Origin: an uncultured Clostridia bacterium
Lineage (GTDB): Bacteria > Bacillota > Clostridia > Christensenellales > DTU072
Direction: 5' to 3'
Length of the DNA stretch: 64,000 nt
Assembly: GCA_946621465.1 (NCBI GenBank)
Contig: CAMOOO010000006.1
Location: 21,998-85,997, forward strand
Part shown: one piece after another, positions 18,501-27,797 of the stretch
Position numbering within the stretch: position 1 is the first letter of the stretch
How the letters are laid out: every line of letters starts with the position of its first letter
Notes under the pieces: model-generated
Told to the model about the DNA's origin: nothing
Seen by the model: the letters and a program-made list of their open reading frames with translations, nothing else
Database searches by the model: none
Made by a program: the position numbers and the translations under genes

Positions 18501-19113
18501 AGCTACTGTACTCCGACGCGCCGCGCATTCTGTACTTGGCGGAAATGGAATAAAAGCCGATATTGGCTCCGGTGGCAGCGTTGATGTTGATATGCCAATA
18601 AATCAGATTGCCGCTACCGTACCCATAATATTCCTTTTGCGATGCGCCCCCCTGTCCGATCGCAGGCGGACTCATGCAAAAATAAATAAACAGGCTCCCG
18701 ACGTCGCCGGTGAGCATTTCGTTAGCTTCGTATTTGTATTCGTAATAAGAAATGCCGTTATCGCCCTGAACGGGGGTGACGTTGTTGGCGTTAATCTCCA
18801 CCCAAATCAGTCCGTCCAGTTCCTCGACCGTTTTCGCCGTCTTGGAAACGTAGAAACAATACTGGTTGCCGGACTGCGCGCCGTAGACGCGGAAAAAAAG
18901 CTCTTTGGTCATGCACTCGGCATCGTAAGAAAGAGGAACAAAGTTTCCTGCCTCCGTGTACCCTACCTGCACGCTCCACGGCGATGCGGCGTCAGCTTCG
19001 TTTTGTACGGGCATCGCCCAAAAAGCCAAGCCCAAAAGAAGCAGCGCAAGCACCGCCACGATGGCGATCGTCCCGATTTTTTTCATGCCAAAAGACATAT
19101 CCGACAATTTCAT
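12562..19113 (-). CDS. Giant (2183 aa) membrane-anchored surface protein with many Ig-like modules
   Basis: N-terminal signal/TM (IGTIAIVAVLALLLLGLAFWA). Recurrent module starts are of the W-T/V-N-x-P-V type (GAWTANPIVFTV, GTWTSNTVRFTL, PGWVNGPVLFVL, KNWTNGPVSIKI). A helical region follows, then a C-terminal TM and basic tail. No LPXTG. Confidence 0.8.
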   Translation of the reverse strand: MKLSDMSFGMKKIGTIAIVAVLALLLLGLAFWAMPVQNEADAASPWSVQVGYTEAGNFVPLSYDAECMTKELFFRVYGAQSGNQYCFYVSKTAKTVEELDGLIWVEINANNVTPVQGDNGISYYEYKYEANEMLTGDVGSLFIYFCMSPPAIGQGGASQKEYYGYGSGNLIYWHININAATGANIGFYSISAKYRMRGASEYSSYRGAWTANPIVFTVVTEIMNGDDNKVLSDDGLSYIYTYDRSKELLSYSENFEGYFQNYYAQFSLLYPSDEAYNRALIESAKKANWSQFVDGSNEVSISKSLNGIVMWFRVTDITGGNPQFAFFSNDSDGLGESLSDTPIRLQLDPVAPHFDVISQTYSPNSELDTYRSGTWTSNTVRFTLSDSSSCISDVTYMYSLSGGGYIELGSNTLELSQSASSVIFRAVTVAGQTYDYPNNFVVNIDSVVPQVRTIGYTIDPDGSSSNEDCDLELSYEDRNDLGGVVPTVRAYGYANNKVMIKVYNRTIAGEPIVNTSGVVFECQDRSDKDSYTNNWQTMTSYELANNERCYLYTFNVGKQISATRFVRFRIRSGAGVYSGEAEVRVIVLNSVYTFALPEDNYLIAQYNQDGWIADKAIVRAIVSVDAKDNPTTKYTFYYWAGELEEDGSSLESRIKKQHKSEGVPVEYYDDKNGDIMWIYEFELKDASARSYFNFRAMNAAGKLSGETRQSYDIIAIDVAKPTYAWDAYLYPVTGGNVSINSLKNVNTITDHSYEEEEAYDSENEKYLRHIAWWNDDQNTDNPEPGWVNGPVLFVLCVQEGVSGIKLKEMVYAKDAAGNAMYDTSGNLVWQEVSGFRKEDMVVSNSYYYFFELRNETTSTIFVQEYRYRIYTGSGISADVTFTISFDATETIQLRTVNVTSATGKNDRAWNLNSGGSAVISADDFSVSENYALSFSSSLDRTGIEDHYNVYYYPFTVEDMGSISGATPSKTELLNYAERLDTSHFIAVSERSINAAVLENKQGTYYYAVYIRSKTRNWQGYSNRSGMYVICIDYDTLKATINFSINLSNSLSDENDMSNGTWKTGSLTVTVGLKVNESDVDLRVESGYTFYYKLIKNGSANINAILDDESTWVLAYGHYDGNRQYVFDIPFTNSSFYGEIALSVCNKAKYRSYGYEQQSRKTIRIDNTTPDIMNIITNRTEGGRVETRVEAGKEYVTIHTKDKIYLNAASVNVDDNHSTISFYYKVLPTSPADRYNTSSDMTLIGSTAVDLFGLSSNFKEEEYSSVYVMLFAINTVGTFSGSDYINSSLLEGYDVNLSTIYEFLYDPSVLTATALTAGNGADFGNNNMYEFLWQEKVSVSMTIKSSKRNDAQNYYRFMFSVDNRKTWFDYMEAGSVNYYTADVLKELTFTADSLAEYVNESGHPFENGVMSTFFFRAINKAGAYVDCGNIYIAIDETVPEFNVLMYDHNGLPYASGVTTSMDGDKNWTNGPVSIKIDVTRMPASGIRVYYSMTFLTNGRQDSLYASDNGEKGKELIGYEQFSTDRLSGFNINRDAIIRFVAISRSGAENVESRVYSVRVSVDQQIPYFTLTGRTYNQSNATGGTGVERIISSGDWTMLDTVSVSKEVSVTNVSGVVYTYVWDAEDSAPEQNVWSSAVSSITRSNVCGTLTVTATSADGDASKGKTHTEVFEINIDTTAPKLKWSGVTPSEGLEHYIDLKVTVEGDNLDIVEYITVKEDTRGFTFNPTEGKVLSTSSVDNSLRHAADEPDPDVYYRGYVHIYVRDKAGHEIDYILYVVPFPLTVNNIELTDEHETMVRKLTEDLELAKAAGYMDPSRVEYFENLISRLNDRLETLRTEIDGYRDYLENIAQKESFELRSDYAEMLRYRTTFQNYEVYGQKWIQTAITGDSTSVYYGYYKVFLDAFDRLHALMEKVQNVETNVKELPAINMVESEDYTDILRVYDEYMDLTSDQRDCFTPNLYNKLMDLKEACEVLLLSDKDTGVVLDGDFAPGATVEVTTYGENTDTYQNAQTLLMNSVESTQPRAIVSIYRVALTGAYAQTAASDINIQLPIPEEYRSYIQFSVYELGIDGSMKKIPNTKIQPDGMSVAFSANSLGTYVLCVRADIQETEINKDSYGTILGIPLTATMIKYVLYIGGALLLVIFLVCIILGIRQRRFMNSYNRAYSHSIYRRQSKGIPKGNKLR

Positions 19114-19341
19114 GCCTATATCATATCACACCTCGACGGAAATTTCAATACCTTTTTTTACTATTTAACTTTTATTTATGCGTGTTGCGCGTATAAGGGC
19201 GCGCCGCCCGCGCCCGAGACGCGTTAAACCATAACGAGAACAAAACTTGCCGCCGCGATTGACTTTTTTGAGATAAAAAGCTATCATTTACATGCAAAGC
19301 AACATTATCGGCGTATTTTTACGCCCGGAGCGAGGTGGATC

Positions 19342-20460
19342 ATGGATTTCATTTACCCGGATTACAACGGAAATAACGTACTTAACGTGGCGGCGTCGCT
19401 GTCCGCTTTTTTAGGCAACCCCAACGGCAACCAAACCGTTCCCGAATTGGACAGGGAATTAAAAAAGGGCTATAAACGGGTCATTTTCCTCGTTTTCGAT
19501 GCTCTGGGCATCCATCCGCTTACCCTTAACACGCCGGAAAACGGCTATTTTCGCTCCAATATCGTCAAAAAACTGACCACGGTCTTCCCTTCTACTACCG
19601 CTTGCGCCTCGGCAACGATGATCTCCGGATTATACCCGTCGCAACACGGGCGTTTCGGATGGTGCATGAACATCCCCGAGATGGGTGGGCGGGTGGACAT
19701 CCTTGTCGCTACCCGTTCCGAGGACCACAATCAAAAGGTGGACAAAGAGCGTTTAAAAGAAATCTTCCCTCTGCGAGGGTTTTATTTGGACAACAAGACG
19801 GACTACCACGTTCATTCCATTCTCTCCGCCATCATTGACGACGGCAACCCCGACCGCATCGTCGAGGAGACCGTCCCGGGTATTTTCGATACTATTTATC
19901 GCATTTGCGCCCAGGAAGGCAAACAGTTTATTTACGTTCACTGTCCTCAGCCGGACAGCATCTTTCACCACAGAGGGGTGGACGACCCCCGTTCTCAAGC
20001 TATGGTCGAAGAGATTCAGTCGCGCACGAAAAAACTGGTAGAGGACATGACCGACACCCTCGTCATCGTCACCGCCGATCACGGACAGGTGAACATCTCG
20101 CGCTACATCCCGATGTACGCCGACACCACCCTTTTAAATATGCTTTCCGCCCCTTTACACGTCGAAGTACGCGCCGTAAGCCTCAACGTCAAGGAGGAGA
20201 AAGAGGAAGAATTCAAGAAATATTTTACCGAAAAATACGGCGAAGATTTTACCCTGATGAAAACGGAAGACCTCATTCAAAAAGGGGTCTTCGGTCCGCG
20301 AACGGATAAACTGAAGTATTTAGGCAATTATTTTGCCGTAGGCACCTATTCCCACGCCCTCGCCCTTTTGCACCCCCTTTCTTCGCCCTTCCCCGGGCAA
20401 CATACCTCTATGACGGAAGAAATGGAAGTGCCGCTCATTATCCTGCCTTCAATTAAATAA
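19342..20460 (+). CDS. Alkaline-phosphatase superfamily protein (type I phosphodiesterase/nucleotide pyrophosphatase-like)
   Basis: VIFLVFDALG and FPSTTACASATMISGLYPSQHG metal/nucleophile motifs, TADHGQ later. GAGG RBS. Confidence 0.75.
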   Translation: MDFIYPDYNGNNVLNVAASLSAFLGNPNGNQTVPELDRELKKGYKRVIFLVFDALGIHPLTLNTPENGYFRSNIVKKLTTVFPSTTACASATMISGLYPSQHGRFGWCMNIPEMGGRVDILVATRSEDHNQKVDKERLKEIFPLRGFYLDNKTDYHVHSILSAIIDDGNPDRIVEETVPGIFDTIYRICAQEGKQFIYVHCPQPDSIFHHRGVDDPRSQAMVEEIQSRTKKLVEDMTDTLVIVTADHGQVNISRYIPMYADTTLLNMLSAPLHVEVRAVSLNVKEEKEEEFKKYFTEKYGEDFTLMKTEDLIQKGVFGPRTDKLKYLGNYFAVGTYSHALALLHPLSSPFPGQHTSMTEEMEVPLIILPSIK

Positions 20461-20502
20461 TACCGGCCTTTTAGGTTGCGTTTCAAAGATTGAAAACGTC
20501 GA

Positions 20503-21471
20503 TTATTCGGCGTTTTTCTGTTCTTTATTTACTTTTTTAACGTTTTTTCTCGTCTGCAAAAAGTCCTGCATTTGGGTCAAAACGACAGCGATGAACATAA
20601 GTCCGCACCCAAGACCCTCGCGCCAAGTCATAGTTTCATGGAGCATGACGATGCCACCGAGTAGCGAAAAGACCGATTCCAAGCTCATAAGCAGCGAAGC
20701 TATGGTGGGATTGGTCCCTTTCTGCCCCACGCTTTGCAGGGTAAAGGCGATTCCGCAAGAGCCTACGCCGGCGTACAAAATGGGGAGCCAGCAACGAAGC
20801 ATATTGTCCCAAGAAAAATATTTCCACTCGAAAATAAGGGCTATTATTGCCGAAAAGACGCCCAACGTGACGAACTGAATACAGCTTAACTTAACGGCGT
20901 CGACAAGGTTGGCGAAGTGGTCCACCACCAAAATATGAACGGTGAAACAGAAGGCGCAGGCGATCAAAAACAGGTCGCCGACGCTGATTTTATCAAAGCC
21001 GCCCGAAAAGCTGATAAAGTACAGACCGATAACGGCGATCGCTACCGAGATCCAGATGATCCAGTGGCTTTTTCTCTTGAGAAACAGGCTGAAAATAGGC
21101 ACCAAAACAATGTATAAAGTGGTAATAAAACCCGATTTACCCACCGTGGAATACATGACGCCGAACTGTTGAAGGTTACTGGCAAAGACCATCACGATAC
21201 CGCAAATAAAACCGCCGATAAGGAGCGTTTTTTTGTACTTTACGGTCGGTTTTGGCAGTTCCGGATGCTTCTTTTTCTTTATCCCGTCCATGATGAGAAT
21301 GACGGGAACGAGGACGATTGCGCCTAAAAAAGCGCGTGAAGCGGTAAAGGTGAAGGGTTTAACGTAGGCGGAGCCTTCGCTTTGCGCCACGAAAGCCGTT
21401 CCCCAAACGAACGCTGCAATAAGCAGCGCGAGGTATCGAAACAGTTTAGAACTGTTTTCCGATTTTTCCAT
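20503..21471 (-). CDS. DMT-superfamily (EamA) transporter
   Basis: Ten hydrophobic helices in two EamA halves. Start placed at ATG 21471 (GGAGG RBS); the ORF-track start 21537 would overlap the upstream gene. Confidence 0.8.
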   Translation of the reverse strand: MEKSENSSKLFRYLALLIAAFVWGTAFVAQSEGSAYVKPFTFTASRAFLGAIVLVPVILIMDGIKKKKHPELPKPTVKYKKTLLIGGFICGIVMVFASNLQQFGVMYSTVGKSGFITTLYIVLVPIFSLFLKRKSHWIIWISVAIAVIGLYFISFSGGFDKISVGDLFLIACAFCFTVHILVVDHFANLVDAVKLSCIQFVTLGVFSAIIALIFEWKYFSWDNMLRCWLPILYAGVGSCGIAFTLQSVGQKGTNPTIASLLMSLESVFSLLGGIVMLHETMTWREGLGCGLMFIAVVLTQMQDFLQTRKNVKKVNKEQKNAE

Positions 21472-21490
21472 AAGTATCCTCCGAAAACAA

Positions 21491-23005
21491 TCAGACTTTT
21501 CTACTCTCGTTCTCTTCGTACTCGCCGATCTTCTCACGATAGTAATCGGCTTCGACCTTGGCGGAACCGGAAAGCAGTCGGTTTAACTTATGTTTGTTTC
21601 TGTCGCGGTGATGGAAGATAAGGAGGGATATCGTCAGCAGCAGAACGACGGCGCCGGGGACGATGTACCACAAATAATTGTGATATACGACGATGGTGCC
21701 GGACGTTTCACTCAGCGTGAGCGTAAGGGTCTTTTTGTTTTTATCATATTTATACGAATCAATGGTGGTTTGTTCGCCATCCGTATTTAAAAAGCAGATA
21801 TTTTTCACCAGTCCGGACAGTTCGACGTCCTCGATAACGACGGTATAGGTGTCGTTATTGGACTCCCCGTCCAGGTGCAAGGTATAGGCGGCATAAGGCG
21901 ATTGCCATATTTTAAAAGAGTCCTTTACGCCGTCCGCTTCTATCTCCGAAATAGCTAAAGTCGCGTTGACGGAAAAAGACCCCGTTGCCTTGCCGCTGAA
22001 ACCGATGAGGGCGTCCCCTGCCAGGGTGGAGCGGTTGACGTGGAGGGTGCCGGGTTCTGCGGTTATTTCGTAGTTGACGTCGGACGAAGGTATCTCCGGA
22101 TAAATCTGATACTCGCCTGCTTCGCGGTAAGATAGGTTCCGTTGGGAGATATAGGGTGGGGGCGTGAGCGAATTCTCGTTGTCGCTTCCGCAAAAGCCGG
22201 TATAGGTAATAGGCATGGTGTAAGAATAGCCGGCGAGGACGACTACGTCCTCGACCTTTATCTTTAGCGGCGCTTTGTTTATGACGAAAACGGCGGAATT
22301 CTCTTCTACGAAGTAGTTATCGTTCTGACTGTATACGACGACGTGGTACTCTCCTGCGTTGGTCGGAGAACTGTCGTACTCAACTTTACAACCGGCAGGC
22401 TTTCCGGCGACTTCTCCGGTGACGGTGTACTCCACCTCTTGGGCGCGTGCGTTATAGACGGTCTCCAGTTTGGTGTACTCAATGGAGACGTGCTTCGGCT
22501 CGATCTCGATGGAAAAGGGATCGGAAACCATTTCTCCCACAGCGTAGCCTATGGCGTCGTTTTCGTGCAAAATCTGCGTAATCTGTACGTAATAGGTACC
22601 GCTCACGTTGCAATCGGTGATGGAAAGCACTACGTTATTGGACCTGTTGATGTCGTTAAGCGCGACAAAGTCCGTCGCCCCTTTTGCACGATAAAACCAC
22701 TGGTATGAAAGGAACACTTGACTATACAGGTCCCTGTCGTTCTCGGTGTCGTCGTCATCGGCTTTTGCATGCAAATAGACGGTGGTACCGTAGGTAGCGC
22801 AATAATTTCCGTCACGTTTGGCAAGGTCAATCTCGTCACCCTCTTCGTCGATCGCCGTATAGTCGATGATAACGCGGTCGATATTTCGGATGCTGATAGT
22901 CTCTGCATGGGCAACTCGCCCCGAGGATAGCACCGCCGCCAGCAGTATCAGGATCACCGCCGGGTAGAACAAAATAAAAAGACGCTTCATTTCTTTACTC
23001 ATCAT
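21491..23005 (-). CDS. Surface protein with MBG (YGX-type) repeats and a C-terminal TM anchor
   Basis: Signal peptide, repeated YNA..AG.Y..NY..INKAPL modules (for example VINKAPLKIKVEDVV...AGEYQIYPE..NYEI..GTLHVN), and a C-terminal TM YIVPGAVVLLLTISLLIF. Confidence 0.7.
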   Translation of the reverse strand: MMSKEMKRLFILFYPAVILILLAAVLSSGRVAHAETISIRNIDRVIIDYTAIDEEGDEIDLAKRDGNYCATYGTTVYLHAKADDDDTENDRDLYSQVFLSYQWFYRAKGATDFVALNDINRSNNVVLSITDCNVSGTYYVQITQILHENDAIGYAVGEMVSDPFSIEIEPKHVSIEYTKLETVYNARAQEVEYTVTGEVAGKPAGCKVEYDSSPTNAGEYHVVVYSQNDNYFVEENSAVFVINKAPLKIKVEDVVVLAGYSYTMPITYTGFCGSDNENSLTPPPYISQRNLSYREAGEYQIYPEIPSSDVNYEITAEPGTLHVNRSTLAGDALIGFSGKATGSFSVNATLAISEIEADGVKDSFKIWQSPYAAYTLHLDGESNNDTYTVVIEDVELSGLVKNICFLNTDGEQTTIDSYKYDKNKKTLTLTLSETSGTIVVYHNYLWYIVPGAVVLLLTISLLIFHHRDRNKHKLNRLLSGSAKVEADYYREKIGEYEENESRKV

Positions 23006-24660
23006 TCATCCCCTCCGGCTTCCTCATCGTAGGTCGCAACGCTTTTATTTTTTATAACCACGTTGAACCGATAGGTCACGTAGTCCCTGTCCTCGTAACT
23101 GGAACAATCTATGTGTACGACGCCCTCGGTCGATTGCGTGGCGGTAAAGCCCACGAATGCGCCTGCCTCGTCGTAATACTCTTCTAACTTAGGCGAATCG
23201 GCGGAAAAACGTATTTGTTCGTCTCCCATCATGTCCCGATAGTCCTCCATAATCACCCTGTCGCCCACTTCCAGTTCCAGATCGGTGGACGTGGGAACGG
23301 CCTTGCACTTATACCGATACGCCTCTTTATTGTCTACAACGGCAATGATGTAGAACTCCGGAAGCATGGCGTTGATGGCGAATTTCCCCGTTTGCACCAG
23401 TTCCACCGGGAAGTCCGGATCGGGCAAGCCGTCCAAAAAGAACTGCACGAAGCCACCTGCCGTCAGCTTGGGATGAAGTTCGTACGGCGCGCCGCACGAA
23501 AATTCCAACTCCTCATCCACCTGATCGTCGGGTACGTCCATAAGTTTACCTTCGGCAATAAGTCCGTCCTGATAGGTCGCCATCTTTGCCGTCTTTTCCT
23601 CTTCCGTCGGCACTAAGAAAATAGTCAGTACCCCTTTTTGGTCGATTTTCGAGGAGTCTTGCTCGTTTTCGGCGGAAACGTAAACAAGCACCGGTTCGCA
23701 ATCTGCCGGGACGTTCTCCTTTACGTAAAAATACTGCTTTCCGTCTTCGTCAAGCGCAATGTCAAGGTACTCGTTCCTCTTCATGTCGTAATTCTTCAGT
23801 TTGGAAGAATTCCCCGGGAAAGTCGCGTAAACGTCTTCGATATAAAAAGAGTCCCCCGTCGTGAGATACCATACCATGTAGTAGGACGATACCGTCACGG
23901 CTACTTCGTATTTTTTTCTCGTTCCGAAAGCAACGGTGACGACGGCTGTACCCTCTTTATGAGATATGAGATATCCGTCCCGGGTCACTTCCACAATGGA
24001 CGGGTGATCGGTCGAATAGGTCGGCACAATGTCGGAGTCCGAAGTTACCACTATGTGGTACATACTGTCAACGGGCATATTGATATCCTTCGGCGTAGAA
24101 GATTTTATGACAATGGCGTTAACGCTGTCAAATGCGCCGATAAAATAAAGCCATACGAAACTGACGGTTACAAGTAACGGCACGGCGACAAACCAGTACC
24201 AATAGCGGCGTAGGAATGCTTTTAAAGATCTTTTCTTTCCCTTAACCGGAGGCGTTTGCTGTTTGCCGCTCCCGCCTATCGGGTTTTCCTTTTGGGCGCT
24301 GTCGGAAGAAACATTGCTATTTTTTGTCTCTTTCTCCTGTTTTTTGCCATTTTTGGACGGTTTTTCGCCCTCGCTTGCAGGCTGCTGCATCTGCGGAGGA
24401 TTGCCTTCGTCGCATGTAGGAGCGGCCTTAGTCGCACTCTCCTTAGCCGTGACAGGCTTTTTCTTTTGCTTTGATTTTTTCTTATTTCCGGCAGGGGTAA
24501 TTACGGTAGACTCGGCTACTTCCGCTACCACGGGAACAGGCACAAGCGACTCTTCGACAGGCGCAGAGGACTGTACCCCGACGTTTTCCGCCGGAGCTAT
24601 CTTTTTTTGCTGATTGGGCTTTTTACCGTATACTTTCCCCATTATGAAAAATAATATCAC
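23002..24660 (-). CDS. Type II membrane protein with a Lys-rich disordered N-terminus and a Big_2-like Ig domain
   Basis: K/Q/P-rich first ~150 aa, TM YWYWFVAVPLLVTVSFVWLYFIG, and a Big_2-like segment SIVEVTRDGYLISHKEGTAVVTVAF. 4-bp overlap with the downstream gene. The start codon is uncertain (24660 GTG or 24642 ATG). Confidence 0.6.
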   Translation of the reverse strand: MILFFIMGKVYGKKPNQQKKIAPAENVGVQSSAPVEESLVPVPVVAEVAESTVITPAGNKKKSKQKKKPVTAKESATKAAPTCDEGNPPQMQQPASEGEKPSKNGKKQEKETKNSNVSSDSAQKENPIGGSGKQQTPPVKGKKRSLKAFLRRYWYWFVAVPLLVTVSFVWLYFIGAFDSVNAIVIKSSTPKDINMPVDSMYHIVVTSDSDIVPTYSTDHPSIVEVTRDGYLISHKEGTAVVTVAFGTRKKYEVAVTVSSYYMVWYLTTGDSFYIEDVYATFPGNSSKLKNYDMKRNEYLDIALDEDGKQYFYVKENVPADCEPVLVYVSAENEQDSSKIDQKGVLTIFLVPTEEEKTAKMATYQDGLIAEGKLMDVPDDQVDEELEFSCGAPYELHPKLTAGGFVQFFLDGLPDPDFPVELVQTGKFAINAMLPEFYIIAVVDNKEAYRYKCKAVPTSTDLELEVGDRVIMEDYRDMMGDEQIRFSADSPKLEEYYDEAGAFVGFTATQSTEGVVHIDCSSYEDRDYVTYRFNVVIKNKSVATYDEEAGGDE

Positions 24661-24869
24661 ACGCGTACGGTTTTTGTCAATAACAAGAGTGTAGATAGTG
24701 GCGTTCCCGCCCGCAAAAACAGTTTCGGCGGCAAAATCAAGCTGCTTAGCGTAATTTATGACGTCATTTGGATAAATTTGCGAGCTTTTGTGAAAAGCTC
24801 TCTCTTAGTTCTCTTAGTGCGGCTTCGTTCTCTTTTAAAAAAGACTTTCTCCACCTTCCCATTTCACCC

Positions 24870-24902
24870 AAAAAAAACTCCTCTACAACAATTGCAGAGG
24901 AG
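24870..24902 (-). terminator. Rho-independent terminator of ftsH
   Basis: On the minus strand CTCCTCTGC-AATTGTT-GTAGAGGAG followed by T8. Confidence 0.7.
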
Positions 24903-24930
24903 CGATTTTTGCACTTTTCTAAATATAAAA

Positions 24931-27057
24931 TTATTCGTTTTCGTCCTTTTTCTGTCCATTTTCTTCCGGCGCCTGCGTGGCGGAATCGGACGGGGCGTCG
25001 ACGTTGGATTCGGTCGGATTTTCGTCCGTTTCTTCGGTCGGCTCCTCTTTTTTCGGTTCCTCAACGATGATGGTTTCGGCAGGGTCGAACACCGGTTTGA
25101 TGATGGGCTTGGATTTGGGCTTCATTTTCTCGTCCTCTTCCTTGCGCTTTTGGTTCTTCTGCTCGATGACCTCGTTGATCTCCTCTATGGACTTACCTTC
25201 GCACAGCATATCCACTTCGTCGGTGTAGATGGTCTCGTGTTCGTACAGCAGACGCACCATACCTTCGATGATGTCGCGGTGTTTGTCGAGGCAGTCGTAG
25301 GCGCGTTTGTAGTTGAAATCAATGATTTTCTTGATTTCTTCGTCGATAACAGAGGCGCTGTTTTCGCTGTAACTTGTCTGCGTCTGATAGTCACGACCGA
25401 TGAATACCTCCTGATCGCCGCCGAAGTACATATTGGGGAACTTCTCGCTCATACCCCATTCGCACACCATTTTACGGGCGATTTCGTTAGCGCGTTTGAT
25501 ATCGTTACTTGCGCCGGTGGAGATATCCTTAATGACGATGGCTTCCGCCGCACGTCCGCCGAGCATCATGGCGATGGTGTCGTTGAGTTTATTAAAGGAT
25601 ATATGGTTGTTGTCGTTTTTCGGAATGCTGAGGGTGTACCCTGCCGCCATACCGCGCGGAATGATACTGACCTCTTGCACCTCGTCGCAGTGCTTCATGA
25701 ATTTAGCTACCACGGCGTGTCCGGACTCGTGATAGGCGGTGATACGCTTATCCGATTCGGTAATCAGACGGGATTTCTTTTGCGGACCTGCGACAACTTT
25801 ATTGATACCCTCGGTGATATCCTTCATGAGGATCACTTTGCGGTTGTCACGCGCAGCCAAAATGGCGGCTTCGTTCAGAATATTTGCTATATCCGCCCCG
25901 GAAAAACCGCTGGTTAAGCGAGCGAGATTCCGGAAGTCGACTTCGGAAGAAATGGGTTTGTTACGGGCGTGGACCTTAAAGATCGCCTCTCTCCCTTTGA
26001 CGTCGGGGATATTGACGTAGATCTGACGGTCGAATCTGCCCGGACGCATCAATGCCGGGTCGAGGATATCGGCGCGGTTGGTCGCCGCCATGACGATAAT
26101 ACCGTCGTTGGTCTCGAAACCATCCATTTGCACCAGTAACTGGTTGAGGGTCTGTTCTCTCTCGTCGTTTCCGCCCCCCAGTCCTGCGCCTCTCTGACGA
26201 CCGACGGCGTCGATTTCGTCAATGAAGATGATACAGGGCATATTTTTCTTTGCCTGCGCGAAAAGGTCGCGTACGCGGCTTGCGCCCACACCTACGAACA
26301 TCTCGACGAAGTCACTACCGGAGATGGAGAAAAAGGGTACGTCCGCCTCGCCGGCGACCGCTTTTGCAAAGAGGGTTTTACCCGTTCCGGGAGGGCCTAC
26401 GAGCAGTACGCCACGGGGTATCTTCGCGCCGATGGCGGTGAATTTTTTGGGGTTTTTCAAAAAGTCTACGATCTCGCGCAGCTCCGTCTTTTCCTCTTCC
26501 GCCCCCGCTACGTCGTTGAAACGCACCTTGACGTTGGTGGAAACGCGGGTCTTCGTTTTGCCGAAGTTCATGGCGTTGCCGCCTGCGCCCCCTTTACGGA
26601 CGGAGATGATCAAAAAGATGCCCAGGCCCGCGATCAGTACGAAGGTCATAATGGACGCGAACGTCGTCCAGCCGGAGCCGGAATTGGGGTTGTTGAGTTT
26701 AACTTTCGGCTGACTTGCGATAAAAGCCTCTCTTTGGCTTGCGTCCGTTATCTCCTGCGCCGCTTCGTCGTAAAACTCTTTTATCTCGTCGGCAAGCGTA
26801 CGAGAAACAACCATAACGTAGTATTGCGAAGTTTTGGTCTCTTCTCCCTCTTTGACCTCGGTGGTTACCAGTGCTTTGTAGCTGTCGTCAAAAGTGATCT
26901 CCTTTACAACGCCGCTGCGGATGTCCGTCCACAGTTCGGAATAGGTCTTTTCCGGTATCCTGTTGCGCATTGTATAAATGATCATGGCGATCCCCACCAC
27001 AAGCACGATGGCAATCAGCACGAAAATTATCGTTCTTCTGTTGTTTCTTTTTTCCAC
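24931..27057 (-). CDS. ftsH: ATP-dependent zinc metalloprotease FtsH
   Basis: Walker A GPPGTGKT, Walker [12 protein letters not shown] region and zinc site HESGHA. Two N-terminal TM helices. Confidence 0.95.
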   Translation of the reverse strand: MEKRNNRRTIIFVLIAIVLVVGIAMIIYTMRNRIPEKTYSELWTDIRSGVVKEITFDDSYKALVTTEVKEGEETKTSQYYVMVVSRTLADEIKEFYDEAAQEITDASQREAFIASQPKVKLNNPNSGSGWTTFASIMTFVLIAGLGIFLIISVRKGGAGGNAMNFGKTKTRVSTNVKVRFNDVAGAEEEKTELREIVDFLKNPKKFTAIGAKIPRGVLLVGPPGTGKTLFAKAVAGEADVPFFSISGSDFVEMFVGVGASRVRDLFAQAKKNMPCIIFIDEIDAVGRQRGAGLGGGNDEREQTLNQLLVQMDGFETNDGIIVMAATNRADILDPALMRPGRFDRQIYVNIPDVKGREAIFKVHARNKPISSEVDFRNLARLTSGFSGADIANILNEAAILAARDNRKVILMKDITEGINKVVAGPQKKSRLITESDKRITAYHESGHAVVAKFMKHCDEVQEVSIIPRGMAAGYTLSIPKNDNNHISFNKLNDTIAMMLGGRAAEAIVIKDISTGASNDIKRANEIARKMVCEWGMSEKFPNMYFGGDQEVFIGRDYQTQTSYSENSASVIDEEIKKIIDFNYKRAYDCLDKHRDIIEGMVRLLYEHETIYTDEVDMLCEGKSIEEINEVIEQKNQKRKEEDEKMKPKSKPIIKPVFDPAETIIVEEPKKEEPTEETDENPTESNVDAPSDSATQAPEENGQKKDENE

Positions 27058-27169
27058 TGATAGAACCTCATTAAAACTTTTTACTTAGTATAACAAAATT
27101 ATGCCCGAATGGCAAGAGAATGAACCAAAATGGATTTAATTCTTTTCTTAATCTTTCAATAAAAATAAC

Positions 27170-27643
27170 TCAAAATCTGTAATCCAATCTTAAAAGGGAG
27201 CAAAAAAGAAATATTTTCGCCGCGATTTTTTCGGCGAGGTCGCCGACAGCTTCATTCTTCACCCCGGACAGGGCGCGGAAGTTATCATTGCAGCTCTCAG
27301 CCACGATCCCCAAAAAAGTCACGTCCCCCACCTTGCCCAGTTCTTTTTTTAGTGCCGTCCCTGCGCGAAGCCCCTGCAAACCGTACTTTATTTTGCCCAC
27401 TTCTTCCTTTTTCCCTAAGCAGGCATCCACCGCGATTACGGCGCTTTTTGGATGAAAAATGCGGATATGCTCGGAAAAGGAGCGGAAATTCAGCCCGGTA
27501 ACCGGACACTCCGTCGTGCCGTAAACGTACGCCGGAACGTTATAAAAATTCTTCAGTAGGTCCCCGACGCGCGGCCCTAAGCTGTCCCCGGACACTTTAG
27601 GCGTACCGACGCATAACACAACGGGATAACGGATTTTTTTCAT
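27170..27643 (-). CDS. yyaC: Sporulation protein YyaC (GPR-like protease family)
   Basis: VVLCVGTPKVSGDSLGPRVG and IAVDACLGK motifs align with B. subtilis YyaC (FLCIGTDRSTGDSLGPLVG, IAIDACLG). Confidence 0.8.
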   Translation of the reverse strand: MKKIRYPVVLCVGTPKVSGDSLGPRVGDLLKNFYNVPAYVYGTTECPVTGLNFRSFSEHIRIFHPKSAVIAVDACLGKKEEVGKIKYGLQGLRAGTALKKELGKVGDVTFLGIVAESCNDNFRALSGVKNEAVGDLAEKIAAKIFLFCSLLRLDYRF

Positions 27644-27797
27644 ATGAAAAATTCTTCCCTACACCCCGTTTTTTTATACCGTTCTCCTGTGCGCGAAATT
27701 ATGTATAAAGAAAGAAATATAAAATAGATATTGACGAGCAAGGGAAATTAGGTGTATAATCATGATGAATAGGTATCGACCTATTCTCGGAGGTAAC

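Noticed and set aside
24778-25917. 379-aa plus-strand ORF overlapping ftsH
   Set aside because: It is antisense to FtsH, whose Walker, SRH and HExxH motifs are intact. It is a shadow ORF.
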